A DNA stretch of 59,879 nt, filler included, from Bipalium vagum (Eukaryota), in the NCBI GenBank assembly GCA_037834085.1. It is 3 parts of 3 records of this genome, joined end to end, with 100 filler letters (N's around TTAATTAATTAA, not from the genome) between each part and the next. Parts side by side here need not be neighbours in the genome. Positions count along the whole stretch, not along the records: positions 1 to 20,090 come from JBBMKC010260580.1; 2 more parts are not named here. The stretch is one strand, 5' to 3'. The position numbers were made by a program, and so were the translations under genes. This document shows, one piece after another, positions 1 through 12,589 of the stretch; the first letter of the stretch is position 1, and the number at the start of each line of letters is the position of its first letter. The notes beneath the pieces are model-generated. The model did no database searches and was not told the origin of the DNA. It worked only from the letters and a program-made list of their open reading frames with translations.

Positions 1-169
1 TATATATATATTTGAAATCTTGTTTCGTTTTTTCTTGCTTCCTCTTTACGAATATTGAATTTTTTAGTATATATTGAGTATGGGAATTAATTTCCATCGT
101 TTTATATGAAAATATAGTCGATTATTATTAAAAGTAACACAACATTTATTTCAGTCAAAATATTTTCCG

Positions 170-900
170 TTGGCAGCAACAATTCGGGTAAAGAATTGAT
201 TCTACAGTAAAAGAAATCTTGATCCTTTGAAGCAATTCATTTTTTCACATCTTCATAGGAATGGAAAGGCTGTATGGTCAGTTGGCGCTAAGTGTGATGC
301 GTACAGTTGGTGAGGTAAAACCTCTCAGCCAAGTCTTTTCTGTGTTTCTTTAACTGGTTTTGCAAGATGTGGTCTGGCGTTATCTTGTTGCAAGATTATC
401 TGATCATGTCTTAGTCCATATTTTGGTCTCTTGGTACATATTGATCAACTTAAATCGAGTACTTTCTGCTGATACCTATCACCAATTTTAGTTTCGGATG
501 ATTTGAGAACCTCGTGGTACAATACTTCTTTTTGGTCCCACCAGATATATAGCATCATTTTGCTTCTGTTAGTCCATAATTGTACTGTCGATTTTGGTGG
601 TTCTCTGGGCATTGCCCGTGATTTTCTGCTCTTGGGATTCTTATAACACACTCAATTTTCATCACCAGCTATAATTCGATGCAAAAATGAAACCCTTGTA
701 AGTAAAATTTCCGAAACAGATTTTTTTCTGCCTTTCGGTCAAATCATTTGGTATACATTTTTCATATTTCTGTATCATTCCCAATGCCTGCATCCGTTTC
801 CCTGTAGTTGACCTGTCAACATTCAAAGCCTGTGCCATTTATTCAAGCAGTTGTCATGGGTATTCTTAACATTAAAATTTAATTATTGACAATTGAACAT
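170..900 (-). mobile_element. Decayed mariner (DD34D) transposase remnant
   Basis: The minus strand gives KMMLYIWWDQKEVLYHEVLK (ORF 445-651) and a QDNARPH motif near 365-390. Frameshifted; boundaries approximate. Confidence 0.8.
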
Positions 901-1864
901 CAATAATCAACAACGCCAAAAATCTGTAGAAATTTACAATAATAACGTCTCTAGTTTCGTGCAAACTATACTAAAATGATGTACCTTCTTACATTACCAT
1001 AGACAAAATGTAAAACTCTGGTCGCACTAGTACGAATGAACTTATAACCTGTGAAATGTTAGACAAAATCTTTCAACATCCATTCGTAAGAATTTCTACC
1101 TCGAATTTTGGTGATAGATTTTCATTTGAATGCTTATAAAATGAAATTGACTCAAACATTAAAACAACAAAATTTTGTAATCCGTATAGAGTTCGGCAGA
1201 AATAATCTTATCACTTTCTCCTAACAGCTATAACAATAGGAAATTTTTCAATTTTGGATATATGCACAGTTATGGTACCTAAACAGTACCTAAATGAACT
1301 TCTAATGAATGCTGAGCTGGTCACAGTTTGGAGCGCATTTTAAGATAAATGATCTGAATTCCAGGCTTTTTGAAAATATAAGTGGAAAAGGAATTACCAT
1401 TTATAGAAATTAATATGAAGAGATGATTACCAAAATCATATGGTATGAAATTTGGAATATTGGTGAGAATGATATGTGCTTTCAATAAGACGAGGAAAGA
1501 TCTCACATTGTCAAGTATATCACGCAGTTATTACATGGAAACGTTAATAATCGTATTATAAACGATAGAGTTTTTCATTTGAACTTACCTTAAGGATTAA
1601 ATAAACATGAAATCATTGGTGATCTAAACAGAAGAATTGAATTACTGATATTGAAATTTATTACTGATATATTCCGGTAAATGCGCCAAATTTTAATCAT
1701 TGTCAACAATAATCATGTATGCCAGTGGTTTTGTTTTACAAATAATCTTAAAACCTGTAATTGCAAACAGCTGTAGTCATAAATATATATTTTTAATCAA
1801 TAAACATTCCAGTGTTTTTGAAACTTCCCAATAAGAGAATTCATAAATGATCAGCTTTTAAAAT

Positions 1865-2240
1865 ATTAGGCTGGGAAAAATATTGTCGCTTTTTCATCTC
1901 ACAAATCAAAAGTTGATAAGTCACTATTACAAAAAATGTTAATAATCAAAATATGAACAACCATTGGCATCTACAGTACTTTGCCAACGTCCCACAAGTT
2001 TCTTTATACCGCTTCTGAAAAAACTCCTGATCATGGGATTCAATTAAAGAAGCTAAGGTATGTTGAACATCATCCTGATTTTTTAACTGCTTATTACGTA
2101 GGAAATTGTCAATTGACAGGAATAGATGATAATATGAATTTTATTTTTTTTGGGACAGTCGAAATGGTCGCTTCTGTGACACATCATCATGCTATGGACA
2201 AGAGCGTTCTAGGGTGAATTTTTGAAAACATTGAAAATTA
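1865..2240 (-). mobile_element. Internally deleted mariner remnant
   Basis: TIR-like attaggctgggaaaaaatattgtcg at ~1865. The minus strand near 1960-2000 reads like a mariner C-terminus (LVGRWQSTVDANG). Confidence 0.5.
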
Positions 2241-3040
2241 TTATTTATTTTCTCTAAAATATCAAGTATAAATCTGAATAGTCTAACATTCTTTTTTTCA
2301 TTCTATTAAGATTTTTAAGTGGAAAAGGGGATCATTTTAACTGTGGATCAATTGCGAAAATTCCAATGACCCTCAAATTTTCAATCTCTAAAATGCCCGT
2401 TTTATTCCTAATCATTATTGTTGAATTTTGATATCGAATTTTTTTTATTAATTTACAAAAATATTACCAACTTCACTAACACTGATCCCAGAAGAGAAGA
2501 CACTTTGAAATGGAATATTGACAAGACATCAAAAATATGTTCTCCTTTCATTATCTTAGAGAACCTGTCAACTTGAAAAATATGCTTCTTCTCCTGTTTC
2601 TTCGATTTTAAGCAATTCAATTTATCTACAGTTTCTGTCTGGAAACCGAAATCGATGGAAAAATATCACCAAAATTTGATAATAAATGTTACAGTTTCAT
2701 AATATAATATGATTCGTGTATTTTTTTAAATTTCCAGACTATTTCTCTTACTTTTTTATCTTATCTGTTTTCCTATAAGAAAATATATTTTGCACTTGTT
2801 TTTTTATGAATAAAAAATCATAAAATCTGTTATGGATTGGGACAACTTGTCCAAAAATAAGGTTCTTGAAATTACCATCAATTATGTTCTACAAATTATG
2901 TGACTGTGGCTGAATGGTTTCGTTTTTGAGTAATATTTTGAATATACTCTCCTGTTTTAAAACCTTTTAGTGATGGTACTCATGCAAAATACAAATGATA
3001 CCCGAGAATTTGTAATCTGATCATTTTCCGAAAATTAATC

Positions 3041-3110
3041 GGAGATACCAGGAATCGAACCCGATCTATCACATGCCATTAGACTGCTCAGACCACTGAG
3101 CTACGTCCAC
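3041..3110 (-). pseudogene. tRNA-Ala-derived pseudogene / tRNA-SINE head
   Basis: The reverse complement gtggacgtagctcagtggtctgagcagtctaatggcatgtgatagatcgggttcgattcctggtatctcc has a Pol III A box (tagctcagtgg), a B box (ggttcgattcc) and tRNA-Ala-like ends. The anticodon arm does not fold cleanly. Confidence 0.6.
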
Positions 3111-4761
3111 AAACTAATTTTCAACTCATCTCACAAAATTATTGATATTATATGTGAAAATAAATTTGGAAAGTTTTTGTTATTTTAAATAATGTTTTTC
3201 CTTTCATAATTTGTAAAGATGAACCCTCGTACTTACTTTGGGTACGCACGACTTTCTCATATCAGGTATAGTGAAGAAAATTCTAAATCTGTCTTTTGCA
3301 AGTGTCCTAATTTGTTAATGAGATATTTATTATATTATTTTATTTCTAACATTACTAAAGACTTACTTGACATAAAAAAATTTAATAAATTTTACTTCCG
3401 AAAAAGAACAGTTGTTGATTATATATCATATGTCACCAGTTTCAGATCATATCGACATTACCAACCCAGAATTTTCCTAGGAAAAATTCTAATTTATTTC
3501 TGTAACATTATTATCGATATTTGTATATATAAATATATGACATAATATGTAAACTATTCGTTGTGATCATTCTTAAATATTGGCTCCATTATAGACAAAC
3601 ATGTCAAGTTGACGACGTTGATCTCAGGTTAGACGTCCATGGAATTGTCATTGATGTTTTTACGATTATGTTTTGTTGTTGTTTGCCATCCCTTTTCATT
3701 GCATGGTTTCTTATATTTTACAGACAGATGTGACTTCTCAATTAATTCTAATATAAACTTTTCTTGTTAAATCTGATTATGAGAAAAATAAAAATACTGC
3801 TTTGGAAATATTCATCTTAATTCACAGTTTAGTAATGAAAAATAATACAAAAATTAAATTTTATTTATTTTTATTATTTATAATTTTATACTGTGATTCT
3901 AGTCAAACAGTTCAGCACGTTTTTTGAAACTTGATATTTTCGGTTTATACTTCTTTGAGTTGAAAAACAATAATTAAAATCAAATTATTATTATTATTAT
4001 TATATATTATATTATTATTTTAAGGCCTAAATTTCAATTAATTTTAAATAAAAAATAATTTCAAAATATTATTCAGAAAAAATATTAAAGTTTAAACAAA
4101 AGTAATAAAATAAATAAATGTTTTAAATAATTAAAATAAATTTAAAGTTTTCTTAAAAGTTAATAATTATATTAATCTAATTACATTTTTAGATAATTAA
4201 TTTTCTTAAAGAAATAATAAAAAATCACTTTTTCAACAACCCGATTATTTTCATCAAATAAATATTATACTCAATCTTGACTTAACGAATTCCGAAAGTT
4301 CAGATAATTTGGCAGAAACTAACAATTACTATCATTGATTTTTATATGCAAAACAAATTATCTTCGTTATTTTTTTTTCTTAATATCACGGAAAAAAATT
4401 TAGAAAAAGTTTATGAATTGATGATAATGACAGGTATTATTATATATGATCTTAATTAACAGAAATCGATCTGAACTCAAATAAACAGTTTCCTGTCAAA
4501 TAATATTTATTAAAAGTTTTCACCATGAAAAATATTATTAACTATTATGGGTGCTTCGTTAGCTCTATTTGTAAATTAGGATATGGTTAAATGTGACGTA
4601 TCCATTATCCGTATTAATGTATAAATTAAAGGATATAAAATAAAAAATGATATTATTTTTTTCTAAAAAATTTAATATTTCAATTATTTGTCGAAAAAGA
4701 TTAGTTGACATAAGTAATAATAATAATTAAAAATAAATATAATAATAAAGATAATAACAAT

Positions 4762-4763
4762 AA

Positions 4764-4797
<34 letters not shown>
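4762..4797. repeat. (AAT)n microsatellite
   Basis: Run of aat repeats; produces the spurious poly-Tyr ORF 4684-4878. Confidence 0.85.
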
Positions 4798-4798
<1 letters not shown>

Positions 4799-4974
4799 TA
4801 ATTTCGATTGTGATTGCCAAAATACAACTCCATTTTTAGTAAACAGAAAGTGAGCACCTCCAATTTGTCAACAGACAACAGCTACAGTAAGACGACAACA
4901 GACACTTAACCAGTCTTAAAAATCATTAGTTACATAAAATTGCATCCATTGCAGTATATGTTTTGCTAGCAAGT

Positions 4975-5248
4975 GAAACCTGTTGAGCAGACGAAGAGAT
5001 ACTGGTATTGAGAAAATCGTTGACAATAGTGGACTTGGTAGATAAGTCCTGTTACAGTATTCACCTATATTTCAATATACACCTAAACATTGGTTTGCGT
5101 TTTGTCAGTATTCCCAAACAACTATTTTGAGACTTGTAAAGTACTTTTATTTTATCCATTGAATATTGCAACAAGATTTATCTATCAAGCCCACTAGTGT
5201 CAACAATTTTCCAATGGCAGTAACTCTTCGCTCGCTTAACAGGATTCA
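4975..5248. repeat. Imperfect ~90-bp inverted repeat (MITE/foldback-like)
   Basis: The left arm ~4975-5062 (cctgttgagcagacgaagagatactgg...gttgacaatagtggacttggtagataagtcctgttacagtattca) is the reverse complement of the right arm ~5159-5248, with scattered mismatches. Confidence 0.75.
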
Positions 5249-5399
5249 GACTATCATTCCATTTAGCAACATATGATATCATAATAATACTCACAATTTG
5301 AAAGCGATAGTTTTTCCAATTTCTGATGTATATGTATAATAAAATTAATATTTATAAATTGTTAAAACACTGCGATTTTATTTGGTTTTAGTCTATTAA

Positions 5400-6206
5400 A
5401 ACGATGATTTTACTGATTTAAAGTGATGATACAAACGACAGGTTCTGAACCTAACGATCAGATCAATCTTACTGTGAGTGATCGTAAAACCCAATCGATA
5501 ATGTCTACAGAATGAGAATATGGTGTAAATAATTTGCCAAACTATTCTGGTTACAATATACATTGTATAACTTTCGGAACATCGAAAAAGACTACCATAA
5601 TCAACAATAAGAATCTTTCGCTGTTAATTATGAATCTTTCGTTACATTACTTTTAAGGATTTCTGGTGTATGTTTCCCTAGAAAAGCTAATTAATATTTA
5701 TTTTTATTAATTAATGTTTAGTCACTGAAATTTTCGATTTATTTGATACAATCTTTGTTTTATTCCTGACGAATGAGTATTTATTAAATATATTTAAGTG
5801 GTTTCACGAAGGGTTATGTCATTACTCTATTGAACAAAATTAACTATCTCTGTTCATTATCATTTTCAATATCTTTGGACGTCCTGTACTTTTTCCAATT
5901 TCAATTCTATTTGTGTTCGAAATCGTTTACATATAGAAGCAGCAGTATTCCTCGAAATGTTTAAGGATTGGGCTATTGATGAATATGTTTTGTTTTGTTT
6001 ATAACTCTGGTTTATAATCACTTTTCGCATATCGTTTGAAACAAAATTTCGAGGCATTATAAATTATTTAATAATTTGAATTCCTATTAGCAAATTAATT
6101 AAGACAAACAAAGAAGTTCATTATCGACAATAAACTCTGGTCAACCTTTTTGAAAATGAGTTCATGATTTTTGAAAAAACGTTCAACATTAGTAAAATCA
6201 CTGTAT
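5400..6206 (-). mobile_element. Decayed IS630/Tc1-like element
   Basis: HTH N-terminus MPRNFVSNDMRKVII...YSSIAQSLNISRNTAASICKRF (5866-6057), a degenerate PYS..NxIE-like motif near 5490-5530, and a cactgta terminus at ~6200-6206. Confidence 0.6.
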
Positions 6207-6418
6207 ACTATTAAGGTTTTCTTTAGTACAGCTGCAAAATCCTGTACATTTCCTTTATTATTTGATCTGTTTTTTGTTTGGTATTGGGGATTGCACTTTG
6301 TTAATGTTGAAAAATAATTTTCCTAATTCTCCGATAAATAGGATAATGTCTATTTTTATAGTTTGTGTTTGTAAAATTGTAATATTTTAATTGATTAATG
6401 ACTGAATTTATATAACAG

Positions 6419-6454
6419 ACCAACTTTGTGGATGAGGCACGCTATAACCCACGA
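6419..6454 (+). CDS. par-1: MARK/PAR-1 kinase, 36-nt symmetric micro-exon (PTLWMRHAITHE)
   Basis: aacag acceptor and gtaagt donor. Phase 2-2; splices in frame into the exon at 6621. Confidence 0.55.
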
Positions 6455-6620
6455 GTAAGTATATGGTTTTGCTATAAACGACCTATTTTATACATGCATT
6501 GGTTTGGTTTATTAGGCTTAGAATTAGGTTTAGATTACTGATAGGTTTTCAATTTCCTTTATTTATTTAATTTATTTATGTGATTAATTCTTTTCGGTAA
6601 TCGCTTTTATAATTTTCTAG

Positions 6621-7122
6621 AAAACTAACCAATTTGTCGCCAAGTATAAATCGATCTCCATCAAATCATGATTCGGCATACCCAGGTCAAGGTTCGATAC
6701 AAAGATCACATGGTAATCAGACCCGCTATATTGAGAACAAAGAGCTGTCAAATATTCCAAATGACCCTTCTCCTATGCAGTCGCCATACTTTCCTGATCG
6801 ACCAGGTCGTTATGGACAGTCTAAGAAAGCTACTAATTTCGACACAGAAAATCTAATTAATAGTAGCTGTGCAACAAGTCTTGCCAGTAGTGGATCGTCT
6901 TTGGCAAATCAAAATACAATTAAAGTTCAGACAAAACCTAGAAACTTCAGATTTTCTTTTAGGACTGAAGTGACGAGTAAAAAATGTGCAGAGGAGCTTA
7001 TGACTGAAATCAAAAGGGTTTTAATTACATTTCATATTGATTATGAACAGAAAACAAATTTCTTATTGTTTTGTACATATGGAGAAAATAGTGGTGAAGC
7101 ACTCATGCAGTGGGAAATGGAG
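6621..7122 (+). CDS. par-1: MARK/PAR-1 serine/threonine kinase, penultimate exon (spacer + N-half of KA1 domain)
   Basis: ttctag acceptor at 6620; encodes KPRNFRFSFRTEVTS...MTEIKRVL...DYEQKTNFLLFCTYG...LMQWEME, matching MARK KPRSLRFTWSMKTTS...REIRKVLD...DYEQ..RFLLFCVHG...VQWEMEV; gtactt donor at 7123. Confidence 0.9.
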
Positions 7123-9223
7123 GTACTTTATTTCTATAGAGATATTCTTTTTAAAAGATTCCTTATTAAAAAAAATTTATTTAATCTGTTCAAACAAGAA
7201 AAATTAACATTTCATATTGTTATTTTCGTTATTTTATGAGAGTGCAATTATATATAACTTCTAGTGTTTATTTTAGTGGTTTCCAAACTTTAAACCAGTA
7301 TTGTATCAGATAAAAATTTATTATATGTAAGAAATGTAATTTTGATCTATTCATTTCTTGCGCCTTCTAAGTGTATAGTTAAACAAATACCATTCCTAAA
7401 CCTATAAAAACTAACATTAGATATTCCGATATTTAAAAGAAATTTTTATTTTGATTTTATTACAAATATAACTAATGTTATTGCTTTTTAATATTAGGCA
7501 AGAATTAACGCACCCTCCTAATAGTATATTAGATATAATATAATATAATTTATAATTTTATACAAAATTCATTCTATAATGATACTCATACATTCATCAA
7601 CTGTCTAAATGTTTTGATATTGTTTATGTCTAAAACTTTCTTAGTCTATCGCCTTTTAAGGTTATATTGCAAAGGCTATCTCAAAATTAATTAATTGAAC
7701 ATTAAATTATTTAATTAATTTTTATTGTTAACTCTAAAATAATTAAATATTTGTGCAGATTATTCAAATCTTATTTTTATCAAACTCCTGTCATGAAAAC
7801 TAGCCTATCACAAAAGTACATTAATATGTTTATTATTTTTGTTTTATTGATATTTTTAACAAAATTAATTTTTATTTCGAAAATTAATAATTTCCAGGTA
7901 CTAATTATAATTTGATTTAGAAAATTGATCAATTTATTATTTATATTATTTATTTTATTATGTTTTTTATATTTAAGATAATTATGTAATTTGTTTATCA
8001 TATTTATAAATGTCTCTTTAATATCAATTACATATATTATTTAATTAGTAATTATATTATATTAAAATTATAAAAAATAATATTTATATTTATCATTAAT
8101 TTTTATTTATAAAAATATCCCAATCTGGATATTGAGAAATGTATTACTAATAATAAAAATATTTTGCAGACAAAAATATTTTGCATTTTTGAATCATTTT
8201 CCAAAGCTGTTGCACAAATAGACCATACTAATTGGGAAATGATAAAGTTTAAAAGTTAAATTATATATTAATGAAAATCATAAAAATTATATTTCAATTT
8301 TAAAAACATAAAAATTTTTATATTGTTGACTGTAATGAATATTATGAAAAATTACTGAAATAAGTAGGGAAATAATAAGAAATAAATAATGTAAGAAATA
8401 AGTTGAAATAAATTTAATCATTTTAATTTTGAAAAATTGTTAAATATTTTTAGTTATATTAATATTAAAAAATATTTTCCAAATAATTCATTAATAAAAA
8501 GAATTTGGCTAACTTCAGTCATTTATCCACAATTGTTTAAAATGATTAAATTGATCAATATTATCATTTTAATACTTTAAATTTTAAAAATTCATTTGAT
8601 TAAAATAATTTTTATTTTATTAATTTTGAACTGTCCTCATTAGAACCATATTTCTGAATGTTCATTTTTATTTAACATAAATACTTTAAATAAATACTTT
8701 TTGTTTTTTTTATTGTTATAATAATTGTGTAAAAATAGAACTATTTTGCTCGACTCTAATTTTAATCTTTAATAAGTTGTTATTTATTTTTGTAATATAA
8801 ATGATCTGATTTTATAAGACAGAAATTATAAAAATAACCGATAAAATGTGATAGATTATCAATACATAAACAGCTGCAGCAGACTGCCCTTAATGAAATT
8901 CATATGAAATGCAGTGCTAAATAAAGACTGTCATTCATAGTTTCTATATCTAAAATATTAATTTTGAATATAGATTATTAATAGCTTAATAAAACAAACG
9001 GATAAAATGTTTAATTTTAAAAAAATTTACTAAAAGATAATTAATATTCAAGACTTCATTAAAGAAATATGTTTAATAAAACCATTTCAAAATGTATTTT
9101 TACACGTAATATTATTAAAACATTTAACAATTAAAAATGGGTTACCTTTCGACTTTCTGATAGTATTAATAATTAATCTTGATATATGTTTATTAATAAA
9201 ATTATATATATTTCTTTTATTAG

Positions 9224-9337
9224 GTTGTGCGGCTTAATTCAAAATCTATTAATGGGATAAGATTCAAACGGCTTTTCGGTCCTCAAATAAAGTTCAAAGA
9301 AATTTCTAAAAGAATCATAGAACGACTTCAATTGTGA
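9224..9337 (+). CDS. par-1: MARK/PAR-1 kinase, last coding exon (C-half of KA1 domain)
   Basis: ttttattag acceptor, phase 0; VVRLNSKSINGIRFKRLFGPQIKFKEISKRIIERLQL* aligns to MARK [37 protein letters not shown]. Too short for the ORF track. Confidence 0.9.
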   Translation, partial: VVRLNSKSINGIRFKRLFGPQIKFKEISKRIIERLQL

Positions 9338-12300
9338 TAAGGCGAAAAATCTATGAATGTTTCACAAAACAAAGTTTCACTTATTAGCCTTAATGTCTTT
9401 TCCTGTTATTTATACCACTCTTAATTCCAATTTTCTCATTAACAGACTGATGTGGAATAAATTTGATCAATGTACAGATTTTTATTGTTTATGGTGGTGA
9501 CTTTATTTTCGATTAAAATTGCAGCAATATATGTGGAGAAATATCTCAGCATTTCTGATCCTATCAACTTAATATTTGTATAATAAAAACCCTCTTGATA
9601 GATCTATCAAACTAATTGATGTATGACATTAATATTTCTTTTGGTAATGGAATGAAGCTTTTAGCAGAATCTTTTTATATCTATATCACTTCATGCTTTC
9701 ATATTTAACATGTATATGTAATTGGGATCAATTATAAGATTTCGTTTTTATGCAATTTTATATTTCTGGTCCGTAATATGTCCAAGACTAAAACCAAGCG
9801 ACCTTTCCCAAATACATTTTCACAGTTTCGATAACATCTCATATTTGTTAATACTTTATCAACAGAACAAACGATGATAATGGACGGACATTTTTATTCT
9901 GTATTCCTTCCATAACAATAATAATACTTTTTGAAATTTTACTTTTATTTTGCATGAAATCAGACTGAGTTTGTACAGATTGTTTTTTGTTGTTTAGTGT
10001 TCCTTTTAACGATGTATCCATAACCTTGAGGAGTTTACAGTGACATGAATAATCAGTTTAGTTCACCATATTTTATACAAAAAGGTTGTTTTGATCAATA
10101 AATTTATCATTAAGTCTTCTTTGTAAAGGTTCACAATTTTAAAGTGAGATGGGATTTCTTATTTTATACAATGGTTTCAAGTCATTCAATCAGATAAGAT
10201 ATTAACATTCATACCTGGAAAGGTTGTCATTAATTACATTAAGAATATGACGGTTATGGATATTCGCTGCCAAGCTATTATGTTATCAGTTTGTAAATTA
10301 TGATCAAAGGTTCTTTTGGTTTTATTTAATTTCATCTCTTAACTGAAAAAAAGTATTAGAATACTGAAAGATTGAAAGTTTACAATTCAAAAACAAGTGC
10401 GCTTTACCATTTTAAATTGTGTATTTGATCATATTGACTTATCTAATCCATGGAAGATGTGTGAATGTATGAATTGGATAATTTATTTGTCAAATTTCTC
10501 TGCAAGAACATGAGTTGATTATTGAGGGTTATACTAGATAAGAGACTTTTATTACACTGTTGTCAATGGCAGGTTATTAACTCGAAGGATTTTCATCTTA
10601 AAAACTTGTATGCCCAGAAAATTTTTTTTATACAAAACCGAGTATATCATTTTCTGGTGGAATTGGTTCCACACTCTGCACAGCCTCTGATGCATTTCTT
10701 TATAGTCTGTACTCCTACAATATGTATGTTCGAATTTTGATTGTTATGGCGTTTTATTACCTTTAAACATGACTAAATTGATGAAACTAAATTCTAGATT
10801 AACAAACATTTTCAAATTTTATTAAATTAAAACATCATTTAGACTGTATATTTTCTGTGACAATACGTTTCCTTCAACTTGAGAGTAATTCACGCTTCTG
10901 AATGATCAACAGAATTAGACCGAAAAACAAAATAATACGACAGAATCACGCACTGATCAGGCAGTAGCAATCATATATAAGCAGTTATAGTTTACAGAAA
11001 ATTAGTTCTGTTTATTAGTTCATTTATTCTCAACAGTAAGCTTTAGTTTTTATATTTAATACTATAGTTTATACTTTGTTATTTTTTTACAAGTATAAAC
11101 ATTTTTAAAAAATAATATTAATTTATATAATTACAATATTAAGATATTTTAAAAATTTGGTAATTCTTTAAAGTTGCACAATTGCAAAAATAATTTTTTT
11201 ATTTAGTTTTCTTTTTTCATTTCAGTGGCATTTCTTTTTTTTCGAGGTTCACATATCAATTACAGTAGTGAATTACAATTCATTGAGGGTCTTTGAGATA
11301 CTTTTATTTATATAAGTACGAAAGGATTTTAAACTTTAATAAATTTAAAAAATCTTTGAGGAATTTTTCTTAAGAGATTCTGATTCTTGTAAATTATTTA
11401 AATTTGCACATTATGTCATTTGATTTCGATATATTTTATAAAACTTATGTTTTAGTTATTTTTCATATGGTAATTAATCCATTACTTTTAACGCACAAAA
11501 CCTTTTACCGTTAAGCTCTTAAGATGCTTCACCTTTAATTAAAAAACTTAAAATTTGGTAAGCCGACGTGATAATACGTTCGAAGAGTTTAAAATTCTAA
11601 ATAATTAAAACTTTAAAAACAGCAACTGAAAATATTGATAGTACTTTTCCAATTTTTGAAAAAACTGATTCTGAAACTCAGTTTTTCTAAATTTAACTTT
11701 TTCTTATTTTCACTTTGTGACTAAAAACAGATGGTTTATATAGTCCCGTTTTCAGCTTTTAAGCATTCTGATTAATAATTATAGTAACAAGGATAATTTT
11801 AACCGTGGTAATAATGAACAGTACTAATAAAGATAAGATAAAAATATTAACAAAATATGAAATAATAAATTATTAAGAAATATAAAATTAACTTTAAATT
11901 TAAATTGATTTTCAAATTATTCAGAACCAGTGAAATTAGGAAAAGATGTTAAAGTGGTTTACCGTAAAAGGATATTTTATTATTTCTTTGATGATTGGTA
12001 AGAAATTGGAAATTTTCAAAGTTTCAAATTTGAGTCTCCATACTCACCCAGCATTTCAGCAGCAAAAATCTTCGAAATTTCGGCTAATGACGAGAATATA
12101 ATATGCACTCTGACTCTAAGTCTGAAGATGGTTTTCCCCTAAGTACGAAATCCAAAACCCACCATTAGCTTTATAAGGGAAGTCTACAATTCTGACTAAC
12201 TCTATGTACATCATTCATTCAATTTAATTTAAATTAAAGAGATATGATTGCAGAACGAATTCCCGAACAACTTTTAGTGAAAAGAGCCTCCAAATTTCAG

Positions 12301-12589
12301 AAGGACAAGTTGACAGAAAATTTTACAGAGGACCTGACGACGACTCAAAGTACTCATTTGTTTTTTTCAAGTGGATATGCTTTCGCAAGAGGATTTTACA
12401 GGGGGTCCTGTCGAGCTTGGGACTCCCTATGCAGGCATCTGTTGTCGCTCCGAGTAAGACTGACCAGTTTACGTTATTTTGTTTTTGTTTTCTTTATTTA
12501 ATCATTATTATTGATTATTGATTCGATTCTATTTTTTTATTACCATTGCCATTGAACTTTATTTCGTTTCATTTTACACATTGATAGTG

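Noticed and set aside
3041-3110. Functional tRNA gene
   Set aside because: A and B boxes are present, but the anticodon and acceptor stems are disrupted.
4684-4878. Poly-Tyr ORF
   Set aside because: Artefact of an (AAT)n microsatellite.
7123-7239. Hydrophobic C-terminal tail of ORF 6634-7239
   Set aside because: Intron read-through; the real KA1 continues in exon 9224-9337.
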